A stretch of 51,436 nucleotides of DNA from Alphaproteobacteria bacterium (GTDB lineage Bacteria > Pseudomonadota > Alphaproteobacteria > Rs-D84), in the NCBI GenBank assembly GCA_017618595.1, contig JAFZTZ010000032.1, positions 1-51,436 on the forward strand, given 5' to 3'. Under the pieces are notes generated by a model that had not been told where the DNA came from, searched no databases, and saw only the letters and a program-made list of their open reading frames with translations. Positions within the stretch are counted from its first letter, which is position 1; each line of letters opens with the position of its first letter. Below are positions 16,757 through 26,782 of this stretch, one piece after another. A program made the position numbers and the translations under genes.

Positions 16757-17512
16757 TTATTTGGAACTGTGGTGATTATGTAAATTCCAAAAATATGCGT
16801 TTTGAATATATTGCACCGCCCGTACAATATCAAATTGTTTGGTGTATGGGTCTTTTAAGTTTCCTTCGGCATCTATCCACGTCTTGTAATCATTTGGCAA
16901 CTGTGCGCTGATATTTTTAAGGTTATCGGCGATGTTTTCTGGCGACAGTCCCCCGCTGTATCCCATTTTATGATTTTCCATAACTGGTGCATGCCATTCA
17001 TCTGGGCTTTTACCGCAACCACCTGATTCATCATATAATAACGAGAAAGGAACACCGGTTTTGTTCAATGCGCGCGCACGATTTTTTTGCTTTGTGGTGT
17101 ATTGAAATATAAATTCTATATCTGGATATGCACGAATAATATCCGCAACCTTGTGCGCATAAAAATGGTATTTTTCGTCCCCGCCATTTATATTTATTTG
17201 GACACGACCAATCATCGATTTGCCGTTATTACGCTTTATTTTAAGAATATCGTTAATTTCTGCCGGAATTTTGCCATGGGCTAACATCGTCCGCCATTGA
17301 GAATTTACATGCATGGCAAGATTTACATCGTTATTCATGCATTGTTGCATCAATTCCCAAAACCATTCATATCGTGGCATATGTGACGAAAATTTTGATG
17401 GGTGCGCCTGAATAGCAAATTCGGCCATTGGCCAACGTTTACCAACGGCGACAATATCGTCGATTGAATTGTATTCACGCATATCACTACAGGTTATTTT
17501 TTCCAGTATCAT
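16757..17512 (-). CDS. TIM-barrel protein resembling phosphoribosylanthranilate isomerase (TrpF-like); function unknown
   Basis: 251 aa. LLYDESGGCGKSPDEW, GYSGGLSPENI and WIDAEGNLKD...FDIVRAVQYIQ line up with the TrpF motifs D-x-GG(S/T)G-x-x-FDW, LAGGL-x-x-(E/D)N and G-x-D-x-x-S-x-x-E...KD. RBS AGGTG. It starts 24 nt after the infB stop. Confidence 0.45.
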   Translation of the reverse strand: MILEKITCSDMREYNSIDDIVAVGKRWPMAEFAIQAHPSKFSSHMPRYEWFWELMQQCMNNDVNLAMHVNSQWRTMLAHGKIPAEINDILKIKRNNGKSMIGRVQININGGDEKYHFYAHKVADIIRAYPDIEFIFQYTTKQKNRARALNKTGVPFSLLYDESGGCGKSPDEWHAPVMENHKMGYSGGLSPENIADNLKNISAQLPNDYKTWIDAEGNLKDPYTKQFDIVRAVQYIQNAYFWNLHNHHSSK

Positions 17513-17536
17513 CTATGCACCTATGCCGGTTAATCT

Positions 17537-19942
17537 TTATAACTGTGCTTTGACTTCCTGGACTTCATAGCATTCAACGCGGTCGCCTTCTTTCAGGTCG
17601 TTGTATTTATCAAAACTCATACCAAATTCAACGCCACCAGAAACTTCTTTGACTTCGTTCTTTTCACGACGCAATTCGCCGATTTTGCCATCATAGATAA
17701 CAACATTGTTACGCAACAGGCGCACAAACGCATCTTTTTTGATGACACCTTCGCTCATACGGCAACCGGCAACACGTGTTCCTTTGCCAACGGTGAACAA
17801 TGCGATAACATCGGCATATCCAATAAAGTTTTCTTTCTTTTCTGGTGCCAATTTACCAGACAGAATTTCTTTGATTTCATCGGTAATGCGATATACAACG
17901 CTGTGGTAACGAATGTCCACGCCACCGGTGCGCGCCATATCGCGAACGGCGGAATCTGCACGAACATTAAATGCAATGATTACCGCACCCGATGCAATCG
18001 CCAAACGAACATCGCCTTCGGTAATTTGACCGACGCCCGCGGACAATATGTCAACCGTCGCCTTGTCTGTGTTAATACCGCGTAACATATCGGTTATGGC
18101 TTCGACACTACCCTGAACATCGGCGCGCAATATAACCGGCAATGCCAATTTCTTGTCATCGCTTGTTTGACGCGCAAACAGTTCTTCCAATGATGAACGT
18201 TTAACCGCATTTGCTTTGTCACGGGCACGCTGGATGCGATATGCCGCAACTTCGCGGGTTTGTGCCTCGGTTTCCATAACGTTTAACTGGTCGCCCGCCG
18301 CCGGAACGGAATCTAATCCTAATACCATAACTGGTTGCGCCGGCTTTACAGATTTAACGCGTTCACCATTTGATGTAATAAGTCCACGTACACGACCAAA
18401 TGTTTCGCCAACAACGAATACATCACCAATTTTCAATGTGCCTTGGCGAATAATAACGGTTGCAACCGCACCAAGCCCACGTTCCATTTTTGCTTCGACC
18501 ACGGTGGCCACAGCCGGCATATCTGGGTCGGCCTTTAGATCCATCATTTCCGCCTGAAGCAAGATTGCATCTTCTAATTTATCAAGGTTGATTTTCTGTT
18601 TGGCCGATATTTCAACGCATTGAACATCACCACCCATTTCTTCGACTTGGACTTCCTGTTGCAACAGGTCTGTTTTAACCTTTTGCGGATTTGCTTCGGG
18701 TAAATCGATTTTATTAATTGCAACGATAAACGGAACCTTGGCCGCACGGATGTGGTTTATCGCCTCTATCGTCTGGGGCATAATAGAATCATTTGCCGCA
18801 ACAACCAAAACGACAATATCCGCCATTTGCGCACCACGTGCACGCATCGCGGTAAATGTCTCGTGTCCCGGTGTATCCAAGAATGTTATAATCGCACCAG
18901 ATTTTGTTTTAACTTCGTATGAAGAAATATGCTGGGTAATACCACCCGCTTCGCCGGCGACAACATTTGCGTTACGAAATGCGTCCAACAGCGATGTTTT
19001 ACCATGGTCAACGTGACCCACAACGGTAACAACCGGCGCGCGTGGTTTAAGGTTATCTGGGTTTGGTTCGCGTTCAATTTGATCGGCGTATGGTTTAACC
19101 TCTATACGTTTTACCGTTGCACCAAATTCACCGGCGATAATTTCCGCAGTATCGGCATCAATAGATTGGTTTTGGGAAACCATCATTCCCATTTCCATCA
19201 ACTTTTTAACAACATTGCCAACCTTTTCCGCCATTGCTGCCGCCAAATCTTTGACAACGATAGTGTCGCCAAGTGTAACCTCGTGCGCGACCTTTTGCGG
19301 TGCGTTAAACATGGCGCGCGCTTTTTCACGGAAACGTTTTAACGATGCTTCGGATCGACGGCGATTTGCACCGCGAATACCGATTTCGTCATCGTCATCA
19401 TCATCGCCACCCATAACGATGTCTTGCAGGGATATTTTACCGGTTTTGGTAAATTCTTTTTTGCCACCACCGAATTTGTTATTACGACGCTGTTGCACAG
19501 GGGCATCATCGTTTTCATTGTCATCCATATGACGATTTTGATTCTTTTTACCACCGTTTTGTACAGAACGCGGAACAGCTGTTGGTTCAACATATTCTTC
19601 TTGAACCTGTTGTGCTGCATTTTCGCGTGCCGCAAGTTGTTCTTTGACCTGTTCATATTCCATGGTTTCGCGTGCAATTTCGGCCTCGCGCGCGGCGCGT
19701 GCGGCGGCTTCTTCGGCCTCGCGTTTTTTGCGTTCTTCTTCACGGGCACGTGCTGCTTCTAATACAGCGCGCAATTTGTCATCGGCCGGATTATGCGGTT
19801 GCGCCGGTTTTGCCGGTTCTTCGCGTAATTCGTTTCTGCCCGGGGCAATAACACGGCGACGACGTTCTACGAAAACAGAATCGCCCTTTTTGCTTTGCAC
19901 AGCATCTAGTGTAACAGATTTTCCAAGTGTTAGTGTCGCCAT
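17537..19942 (-). CDS. infB: Translation initiation factor IF-2
   Basis: 801 aa. G-domain motifs [18 protein letters not shown] and NKID. The N-terminus is charged and Ala/Glu-rich. Confidence 0.97.
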   Translation of the reverse strand: MATLTLGKSVTLDAVQSKKGDSVFVERRRRVIAPGRNELREEPAKPAQPHNPADDKLRAVLEAARAREEERKKREAEEAAARAAREAEIARETMEYEQVKEQLAARENAAQQVQEEYVEPTAVPRSVQNGGKKNQNRHMDDNENDDAPVQQRRNNKFGGGKKEFTKTGKISLQDIVMGGDDDDDDEIGIRGANRRRSEASLKRFREKARAMFNAPQKVAHEVTLGDTIVVKDLAAAMAEKVGNVVKKLMEMGMMVSQNQSIDADTAEIIAGEFGATVKRIEVKPYADQIEREPNPDNLKPRAPVVTVVGHVDHGKTSLLDAFRNANVVAGEAGGITQHISSYEVKTKSGAIITFLDTPGHETFTAMRARGAQMADIVVLVVAANDSIMPQTIEAINHIRAAKVPFIVAINKIDLPEANPQKVKTDLLQQEVQVEEMGGDVQCVEISAKQKINLDKLEDAILLQAEMMDLKADPDMPAVATVVEAKMERGLGAVATVIIRQGTLKIGDVFVVGETFGRVRGLITSNGERVKSVKPAQPVMVLGLDSVPAAGDQLNVMETEAQTREVAAYRIQRARDKANAVKRSSLEELFARQTSDDKKLALPVILRADVQGSVEAITDMLRGINTDKATVDILSAGVGQITEGDVRLAIASGAVIIAFNVRADSAVRDMARTGGVDIRYHSVVYRITDEIKEILSGKLAPEKKENFIGYADVIALFTVGKGTRVAGCRMSEGVIKKDAFVRLLRNNVVIYDGKIGELRREKNEVKEVSGGVEFGMSFDKYNDLKEGDRVECYEVQEVKAQL

Positions 19943-19970
19943 GTTCTACCTCTGGTTTTTATTATATCTT

Positions 19971-21518
19971 TTATTCTTCAGTTTCTTCTTCTTGGGTGAT
20001 ACCAAACGCAATTTCACGTGCCTTCATAATAACGCGGCCCGCCAAATGTGCACTCATTGTTTCTTCGCCAAGGATTTCAACCAATTCATCAGACGCCAAG
20101 TCCGCCAAATCAGACAATGTCTTGATGCCTGCCTGGCCCAATTTCATAATAATTGGACGTTTGATGAAATCGAATGACAACAAATCGTCGGACATACCCA
20201 GTTTGCGACCTTCTTCAAAATAGTCGCGTTCCAGTTTTTCCAGATACGCTTTTGCACGATTTTGCAATTCCACCGCAAGTTCTGTGTTGAACCCTTCGAT
20301 AGATTCCAATTCTTTCAATTCAACAAATGCGATTTCTTCGATTGTACGGAACCCTTCGGAAACAAGCAGGTGTGCAATCATTTCATCAACATCCAGACCC
20401 TTGATAAAGAGTTCTGTCTTTTCTTTGACTTCTTTGGTGCGACGTTCTTGTTCTTCGGCTTCGTTCATAACATCGATGTTCCAATTGGTCAATTGTGATG
20501 CCAGACGGACATTTTGACCGCGACGACCAATTGCCAAAGATTGTTGATCTTCGTTCACAACGACAACCGCGCTGCGTGTATCTTCGTCAACGATAATCTT
20601 GGCGACCTTGGCTGGTTGCATTGCGTTAACAATGAACACCGCCGGATCTTCGGAATACAAAATAACGTCAATTTTTTCGCCATGGCATTCGTTGATAACC
20701 GGCTGAATACGTGTGCCCTTGATACCAACAGTCATACCAACCGCGTCAATAGATGGGTCTGCGGTTTCAACGGCGATTTTTGCATGTGAACCTGGGGCAC
20801 GTGCCACAGATTTAATTTTGATAATACCTTCGTATATTTCTGGAACTTCTTGGACAAACAATTTTTCCATAAATAACGGATGGGTACGGGTTAAAAAGAT
20901 TTGTGGACCCGTATTAGAACGCGCAACATCCATAATCAGCGCGCGCACACGGTCACCAACCGCCAAACGTTCACCTGGGATAAGTTCACTATTTTTAATA
21001 TAACCTTCGGCCTTGCCATTGATATCAACAAATACATTGCCAAATTCGATACGCTTTACAACGCCATTGATGATGTCCCCAATGTTATCTTTGAATTCTT
21101 CATATTGACGGCCACGTTCAGCATCGCGTACACGTGCGGTCATAATTTGACGCGCGGTTTGAAACGCCATACGACCAAATTCTGGTTCCGGCAGGGCATC
21201 TTCAACAACATCGCCAACAGATGGATTTTGTGAATATTTTTTTGCTTCTTCCACGGTCAGCATCGTGAACGGGCTGTAATCTTCGCCCGCAGATTCTGGT
21301 GATTCAATAACATCAAACAGACGTTTAACATAAATCGCGCCATTTTTTCTGTCGATATTGGCAACGATATTAAATTCTTCGCCATATTTGTGCTTGGCAA
21401 TCTTTGCGATTGCCGCTTCCAATGAACTAAAAACCGTTTCACGATCGATTTGTTTTTCGCTGGCCAAAGAGTCAATAGCCAACAATAAATCCTGACGCGG
21501 CATAGAAACAAAAGACAT
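19971..21518 (-). CDS. nusA: Transcription termination/antitermination factor NusA
   Basis: 515 aa with S1 and tandem KH domains (IGRRGQNVRLASQLT) and C-terminal acidic repeats. It ends 28 nt upstream of infB. Confidence 0.96.
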   Translation of the reverse strand: MSFVSMPRQDLLLAIDSLASEKQIDRETVFSSLEAAIAKIAKHKYGEEFNIVANIDRKNGAIYVKRLFDVIESPESAGEDYSPFTMLTVEEAKKYSQNPSVGDVVEDALPEPEFGRMAFQTARQIMTARVRDAERGRQYEEFKDNIGDIINGVVKRIEFGNVFVDINGKAEGYIKNSELIPGERLAVGDRVRALIMDVARSNTGPQIFLTRTHPLFMEKLFVQEVPEIYEGIIKIKSVARAPGSHAKIAVETADPSIDAVGMTVGIKGTRIQPVINECHGEKIDVILYSEDPAVFIVNAMQPAKVAKIIVDEDTRSAVVVVNEDQQSLAIGRRGQNVRLASQLTNWNIDVMNEAEEQERRTKEVKEKTELFIKGLDVDEMIAHLLVSEGFRTIEEIAFVELKELESIEGFNTELAVELQNRAKAYLEKLERDYFEEGRKLGMSDDLLSFDFIKRPIIMKLGQAGIKTLSDLADLASDELVEILGEETMSAHLAGRVIMKAREIAFGITQEEETEE

Positions 21519-21557
21519 TCGTTATCTCCCTTGGTATTTTGTTTTTGCTTTATCTAT

Positions 21558-21584
21558 AAGGGCGGGGTTTTTCGCCCCGCCCTT
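21558..21584. other. GC-rich 10-bp stem hairpin in the nusA / lptF-G divergent intergenic region
   Basis: AAGGGCGGGG-tttttcg-CCCCGCCCTT. No T-tract follows on either strand. Confidence 0.6.
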
Positions 21585-21703
21585 AAAATTTAACTTCTAA
21601 GAACAAGTTGATTATAACACCGAATCGGACAATTGCAAATCTTTTTTACATATTTTATTAAATATATTTGACGCACTTGTTTTTGGACTCTATACTTTAC
21701 ATT

Positions 21704-22768
21704 ATGAGAACCTTGGATAAGTATTTTTTACGGCAACTGATAGGTATTTTTATAATGTTGCTGCTGATATTAACTGGACTGGCATGGATGGTCCAGATTA
21801 TGTCTATGATGAAGTTCTTGATAAGCTACGGCGTCCGGCTTAGCAGTTTTTTGGGACTAACTGTGCTGATGGTTCCGTTTATACTGTCCATTATTGTTCC
21901 GTTTGTGACATTTATCGCAATATTATTTGTTTATAACAAGATGATTGGTGATAACGAGGTTGTCGTTATGGCCGCGTCTGGAACATCACCAGGGAAAATT
22001 GCGCGACCTGCACTTATACTGGCCGGGATTCTTACGGTTATAAATTTGGTTTTGAATTTGTGGGTTGTGCCTGCGACCCAGGCAAAGTTTTATGATACGC
22101 AATGGAATCTGCGTTATGGGTTGGCACACCTTAAACTGCAAGAAGGTGCATTTACCGAAATGACGCACGATTTGGTTGTGTATGTGGACAAAGTATCAGG
22201 ATATGATTTAAAACATGTTATGTTGTCCGATACGCGTAAAGATAAATCACAAATGATAATTTTTGCAGAGAACGGTAAATTGGTTACAACGATGCGCGGA
22301 CTATCCATTGTTATGACGAATGGTTCGCTTCAGGCGACCGGCAACGGCAGTATCATTGGAACATTTGACGGGTTTGATATGGACCTTAGTATAAATGAAC
22401 AACATAACCCGGCATCTGTTAAAACACGCAGTATGTCCACGTCAGATTTAATAGGTATCGTAAACCAAGAAGACATAACACCGAAACAGCGCAAGACAAT
22501 ATTCACAGAATTGTGTACGCGATTTTTGCAACCAATAATGAACTTTATTTTGGCGGCACTATGCTTGGCGATTCTGTTGCGGTCATCGTTGTTACGGCGC
22601 AGGGCAAGTTTTGCACCGGCATTTGCGGTTGTGTCCATGTCTGTTGTTATGGCGGCATTTATGTCTGCGTCTAATTTGCTGGAAAGTACAGGGGATTTAT
22701 TTATGTTGGCGGGTGCCCAGGTATTATTACTTGGGTTTATAATGTTGATATTGTTAAGAAGAAAATGA
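21704..22768 (+). CDS. LPS export ABC transporter permease, LptF/LptG family
   Basis: MRTLDKYFLRQLIGIFIMLLLILTGLAWMVQI is a typical LptF/G N-terminus. The protein has multiple TM segments and a periplasmic domain. Its stop overlaps the lptD start (ATGA). Confidence 0.85.
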   Translation: MRTLDKYFLRQLIGIFIMLLLILTGLAWMVQIMSMMKFLISYGVRLSSFLGLTVLMVPFILSIIVPFVTFIAILFVYNKMIGDNEVVVMAASGTSPGKIARPALILAGILTVINLVLNLWVVPATQAKFYDTQWNLRYGLAHLKLQEGAFTEMTHDLVVYVDKVSGYDLKHVMLSDTRKDKSQMIIFAENGKLVTTMRGLSIVMTNGSLQATGNGSIIGTFDGFDMDLSINEQHNPASVKTRSMSTSDLIGIVNQEDITPKQRKTIFTELCTRFLQPIMNFILAALCLAILLRSSLLRRRASFAPAFAVVSMSVVMAAFMSASNLLESTGDLFMLAGAQVLLLGFIMLILLRRK

Positions 22769-24780
22769 AAAAGATTTATTGCGCTATTATTTTTGGTTTA
22801 ATATCGCACGCCGCCGGTGCGATATCTGTTGATATGGATGAACCAACGGTAATAAAAGCAGAAAAAATAGAATATGACCTTAAAACCGAAACAATTAAAA
22901 CAACCGGCAAAACCGAAATATCCAACAAATCTGGCCAGAAAATGACATTGGTTGATTCGTATATCACGAAAAACGGCACAGATTTATCGGCGGGCGATAT
23001 TCAAATATGGCTTGGGCCGCATGTTTATCTTGAATCTGAAAGCATCGCAAAAGAAGATAATTTAACGGTTGCAAAACACGCGACATTTACGGCGTGTAAA
23101 GATTGCGATAGTTTTGGCGGCGAAGCATGGGAAATATCTGCACGCCGTATAAAGCACGATTTGGTGGATCATATGCTGTATTTTTACAGTATGTTATTTT
23201 ATGTATATGATGTGCCGATTATGTGGCTGCCGTATTTTGATATGCCCGACCCAAGTGTAAAACATAAGACAGGAATTTTAACCCCAAGTTTAGAATCTAC
23301 AAATAAAATGGGAACCCAGATAAATATACCGTTCTATTTGTATATATCTGACACGCACGATGTTACCGCGACATTGTCGTATTTAACAAGTGAAAACCCA
23401 TTATTCCAATTGGAACATCGCCTTAATGGGGATCATTCAAAATTCCGGACACGTGGGTCATTTACGCACAACCGCGAAGGTAAAAATCGTTGGCATGTAT
23501 TTAATGATGATGTTGTTGAACTTGGTGAAAATGCACGTGCCACAATGTTTTTAAACCGAACCTCTGATAAGACATATTTACAGAAATATGGTTTCTATGA
23601 TGGCCAGCCGTATCTTGATTCGGGTGCTGCATTGGAATTATTTGGGCAGTCGGGATATATGGTGGCGGATGCGCATATCTTTCAAGAATTGCGTTCGCAA
23701 TCAAACCATATTCCGATCCCGGCGGGAAACATTTTGCCAAACATTCGTGGGGTTTATCAAACAAGTCCGTTGTTTGCATCAACATATGCAACATTTATGG
23801 GTGATGTTCTTGGCATATCGGGTGATGGATTCGCGTCCCAGCGTCTTATTGGCGAAGCGCGTGTGACATCACCATGGACAATTTGGGGTGGAAATCGTAT
23901 CACGGCAAGTGTGGCGACACGATATGATATTTACAATTTTCATAATACCGAAATGATAGATGGGGAAGAATATTCCGGTCTGAAAAACAGATTCTTGCCA
24001 AATGGTTATTTGGAATGGGGACTGCCATTGTTCCGCCCGCGTGATACATGGACCCAGGTCATAGAACCACGCGCGCGGTTAACAATAATGCAACATATCA
24101 AAGACAGCCAATATGCCGCCAGCAGCGATTCTGCCGGTGCGTTATTGTCTGATGCAACACTATTTTCATCTAATCGTTTTGCCGGACTTGATTTGTGGGA
24201 AAACGGAACATTTGCCGATTATGGTTTGCGATGGTCCGCGTTTAACCAAGATGGTGAAATTGTCGAAGCATTCTTGGGTCAAACCTATGATTTTATAAAA
24301 CGTGATGATACCGACCCCAACAGCGGATTCCATGATGGCCAATCGGATTATGTTGGACGTGTTGGATACAATAATATGGAATGGTTAAATTTCTATACGC
24401 GGTTTCGTCTGTCCCAAGAAAAACTTAGTTTGCGTCACATTGAAACCAATGCGGTTGTCGGGGATAGCCAGAATTTCATTAACATTGGTCATATTTGGTC
24501 AAAACAGTTTGATGATTTGTTGACCCCAACAGAATCTATACACGAAGTTATGGGTGGTATTGGCTTCGCAATAACAGATCGTTGGTCGGTACGTTGGAAT
24601 GCAATATACAATGTGACAAATGACCACTGGCAACAGCATAATGGGGCGTTGTATTATGAACATCCATGTTATTACCTAAGTTTTGGTTATCGTCGTGATG
24701 GGACCATCAAAGAAGATTACGAAGGAACCACAACATTTCAATTCCGGTTCGGTATAAGTGTTGACGGTGAACATTATTAA
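22765..24780 (+). CDS. lptD: LPS-assembly outer-membrane protein LptD
   Basis: 671 aa with a signal peptide, an OstA-like N-terminal domain and a large Y/G/N/F-rich beta-barrel. Conserved lptF/G-lptD-surA context. Confidence 0.9.
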   Translation: MKKIYCAIIFGLISHAAGAISVDMDEPTVIKAEKIEYDLKTETIKTTGKTEISNKSGQKMTLVDSYITKNGTDLSAGDIQIWLGPHVYLESESIAKEDNLTVAKHATFTACKDCDSFGGEAWEISARRIKHDLVDHMLYFYSMLFYVYDVPIMWLPYFDMPDPSVKHKTGILTPSLESTNKMGTQINIPFYLYISDTHDVTATLSYLTSENPLFQLEHRLNGDHSKFRTRGSFTHNREGKNRWHVFNDDVVELGENARATMFLNRTSDKTYLQKYGFYDGQPYLDSGAALELFGQSGYMVADAHIFQELRSQSNHIPIPAGNILPNIRGVYQTSPLFASTYATFMGDVLGISGDGFASQRLIGEARVTSPWTIWGGNRITASVATRYDIYNFHNTEMIDGEEYSGLKNRFLPNGYLEWGLPLFRPRDTWTQVIEPRARLTIMQHIKDSQYAASSDSAGALLSDATLFSSNRFAGLDLWENGTFADYGLRWSAFNQDGEIVEAFLGQTYDFIKRDDTDPNSGFHDGQSDYVGRVGYNNMEWLNFYTRFRLSQEKLSLRHIETNAVVGDSQNFINIGHIWSKQFDDLLTPTESIHEVMGGIGFAITDRWSVRWNAIYNVTNDHWQQHNGALYYEHPCYYLSFGYRRDGTIKEDYEGTTTFQFRFGISVDGEHY

Positions 24781-24794
24781 AAGGGGGCAAAGGT

Positions 24795-25616
24795 ATGAGG
24801 AAATTTTTGATTTTGCTTGGCATAATTTTTACGATGCCTGCGATGGCGGCAACGGTTGTTGCAACGGTTGATGGGAAACCGATTACAGACACCGATGTAA
24901 CCGCACGTACGAAACTTATGGCGCGCCAGGGCAACACATCAACCGATAATCGTCGCCAGGCATTACAGAATATTATCGATGATAATGTAAAATTAAAATA
25001 CGCCGCAAACTTTAATGCGGTTCCATCCGAAAAAGATGCGGTCAACGAATTAAAACGTATGAATTTAGGTGATCTAAGTGGTTCTGAACGCAGTATGGCG
25101 ATTACCGCAACGCGTGCGAATATCGCATGGCAGATGATTGTTGGACGGACAATTATCCCAACCATAGATGTTAGCAAAGAAGATGTTGCCGCCGAAAAAA
25201 AGGCAATTGAACGTGAACACGGTCTGCCATTGGAAATGACATTGGTGCGGTTGACGGATGTCCCAAGTGATGTTGCGTCAAAATTAACAAAACCAAAAAG
25301 TTGCGATAACGCGGTGAATATGGCGGAAAACTTGGGCGGGGTACCACAAAAATTTGATGCGGTTCAATATGAATTAGCACCAGAGATTCGTGAAAGTATC
25401 GCTGGGTTGCCGTTGTTAACATGGTCAAAACCCGCGGATGATGGTTCTATATTTTTGGTGTGCGATTCAAAAAAGACCAAAGAATATGGACAGTTGGACG
25501 ATATGATAAAACAAAATGCGGTATATAAACAGGCGATGTTTATTGCCGACCAACAATTAAAACAACTGCGCCGCAAGGCCGTTGTTATCATCAATGACAA
25601 CAGATATAAATTATGA
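24795..25616 (+). CDS. SurA N-terminal-domain periplasmic chaperone (no obvious parvulin PPIase domain)
   Basis: Signal peptide MRKFLILLGIIFTMPAMA followed by ATVVATVDGKPITDTDVTARTKLM. It sits in the surA position after lptD. 273 aa is short for a full SurA. Confidence 0.65.
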   Translation: MRKFLILLGIIFTMPAMAATVVATVDGKPITDTDVTARTKLMARQGNTSTDNRRQALQNIIDDNVKLKYAANFNAVPSEKDAVNELKRMNLGDLSGSERSMAITATRANIAWQMIVGRTIIPTIDVSKEDVAAEKKAIEREHGLPLEMTLVRLTDVPSDVASKLTKPKSCDNAVNMAENLGGVPQKFDAVQYELAPEIRESIAGLPLLTWSKPADDGSIFLVCDSKKTKEYGQLDDMIKQNAVYKQAMFIADQQLKQLRRKAVVIINDNRYKL

Positions 25617-26695
25617 GCAAAACAATTCTTTTTGATTTAACCGCCGCAGAATTGGAACGGTTTGTAACCGATATGGGACAACCGCGATTTCGTGCAAAAC
25701 AAATTGCAGAATGGATGGGGCGTGGCGCACCAGATTTTTCTGTTATGAAAAATATTCCGGAAAAATTACGTAATGATTTGGATGTGGTTGCACAAACTTT
25801 GCCGGTGCGCGTGGTGCGAAAATTATCATCAACCGATGGACAAACGGTAAAGTTTTTATTGGAATTAAATGATGGTGAAAAAATTGAATGTGTTTTGATG
25901 CGCACCAGTTATGGCAACAGCGTTTGCGTCAGTTCCCAGGCCGGATGCGCAATGGGTTGTAAATTCTGTGCCAGTACATTGTTGGGATTAAAACGCAATT
26001 TAACAATAAATGAAATTTTTTCACAAATACTTGTCGCGCAATGGGAATTGCGCAGCGATAAATTATCAGACAAACCAATTCGCCCAAACGGTGATGCAAA
26101 CAATGATGATGTTTCACACATCGTTGTTATGGGAACAGGCGAACCGTTACAGAACACGGAAAATGTAATTGGGTTTATTGAACGTGCAAATCATGATATG
26201 GGAATTGGTTGGCGCCGAATAACCGTTTCAACATGTGGAATTGTCCCGGGCATAGATAGATTGATAGAATGGGGACGTCCGATAAATTTGGCGATATCTT
26301 TGCATGCACCAAATGATGAATTGCGCAAAAAAATAATGCCGATTGCGAATAAATATTCTATTGCCGAAATAATGGATGCCGCATGGCGTTTCACCGATAC
26401 GCATAATCGCCAGTTAATGATAGAATATATATTACTGGGGGATGCGGATGGAAATTTATTAAATGCAACCCCCGAATGTGCCAATGAATTGGTTGAAATT
26501 GTGCGTGGCAAAAATTGCATGGTTAACCTTATTCCATGGAACGCGGTTGCCGAACGTGATTTTACATCGCCATCGGGAAATGCGGTACACCGTTTCCAAG
26601 ATATATTAATTAAAAATGGGGTTCATACACGCATACGCCGTGAACGTGGAACAGATATCGGTTCGGCCTGTGGCCAGTTAAGAATTAGTGGCTAA
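25613..26695 (+). CDS. rlmN: 23S rRNA/tRNA (adenine-C2)-methyltransferase RlmN (radical SAM)
   Basis: FRAKQIAEWM N-terminal motif, radical-SAM cluster CAMGCKFCAS, and MGTGEPL. ATGA overlap with the preceding gene. Confidence 0.93.
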   Translation: MSKTILFDLTAAELERFVTDMGQPRFRAKQIAEWMGRGAPDFSVMKNIPEKLRNDLDVVAQTLPVRVVRKLSSTDGQTVKFLLELNDGEKIECVLMRTSYGNSVCVSSQAGCAMGCKFCASTLLGLKRNLTINEIFSQILVAQWELRSDKLSDKPIRPNGDANNDDVSHIVVMGTGEPLQNTENVIGFIERANHDMGIGWRRITVSTCGIVPGIDRLIEWGRPINLAISLHAPNDELRKKIMPIANKYSIAEIMDAAWRFTDTHNRQLMIEYILLGDADGNLLNATPECANELVEIVRGKNCMVNLIPWNAVAERDFTSPSGNAVHRFQDILIKNGVHTRIRRERGTDIGSACGQLRISG

Positions 26696-26782
26696 AAATG
26701 CCGGTATAAAATCTGCTGCTTTTTATAATTCCCGCTTGAAATTTGATATATGTTTGCTATTCTTGGTGCAAAAGGAAGACGC

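Noticed and set aside
19644-20177. 177-aa plus-strand ORF spanning the infB/nusA junction. Similar long antisense ORFs occur at 36346-36966, 31193-31816, 40380-40868, 50418-50906, 48981-49433 and 24707-25177.
   Set aside because: All lie fully antisense to confidently identified conserved genes. They have low-complexity or Arg/Ser/Cys-rich composition, no RBS and no recognisable motifs. These are typical shadow ORFs.
26696-26782. A possible SRP RNA (ffs) upstream of dnaX, which is a common neighbour.
   Set aside because: The 87-bp interval lacks the conserved GGAAGCAGCC-type domain IV motif and is too short.
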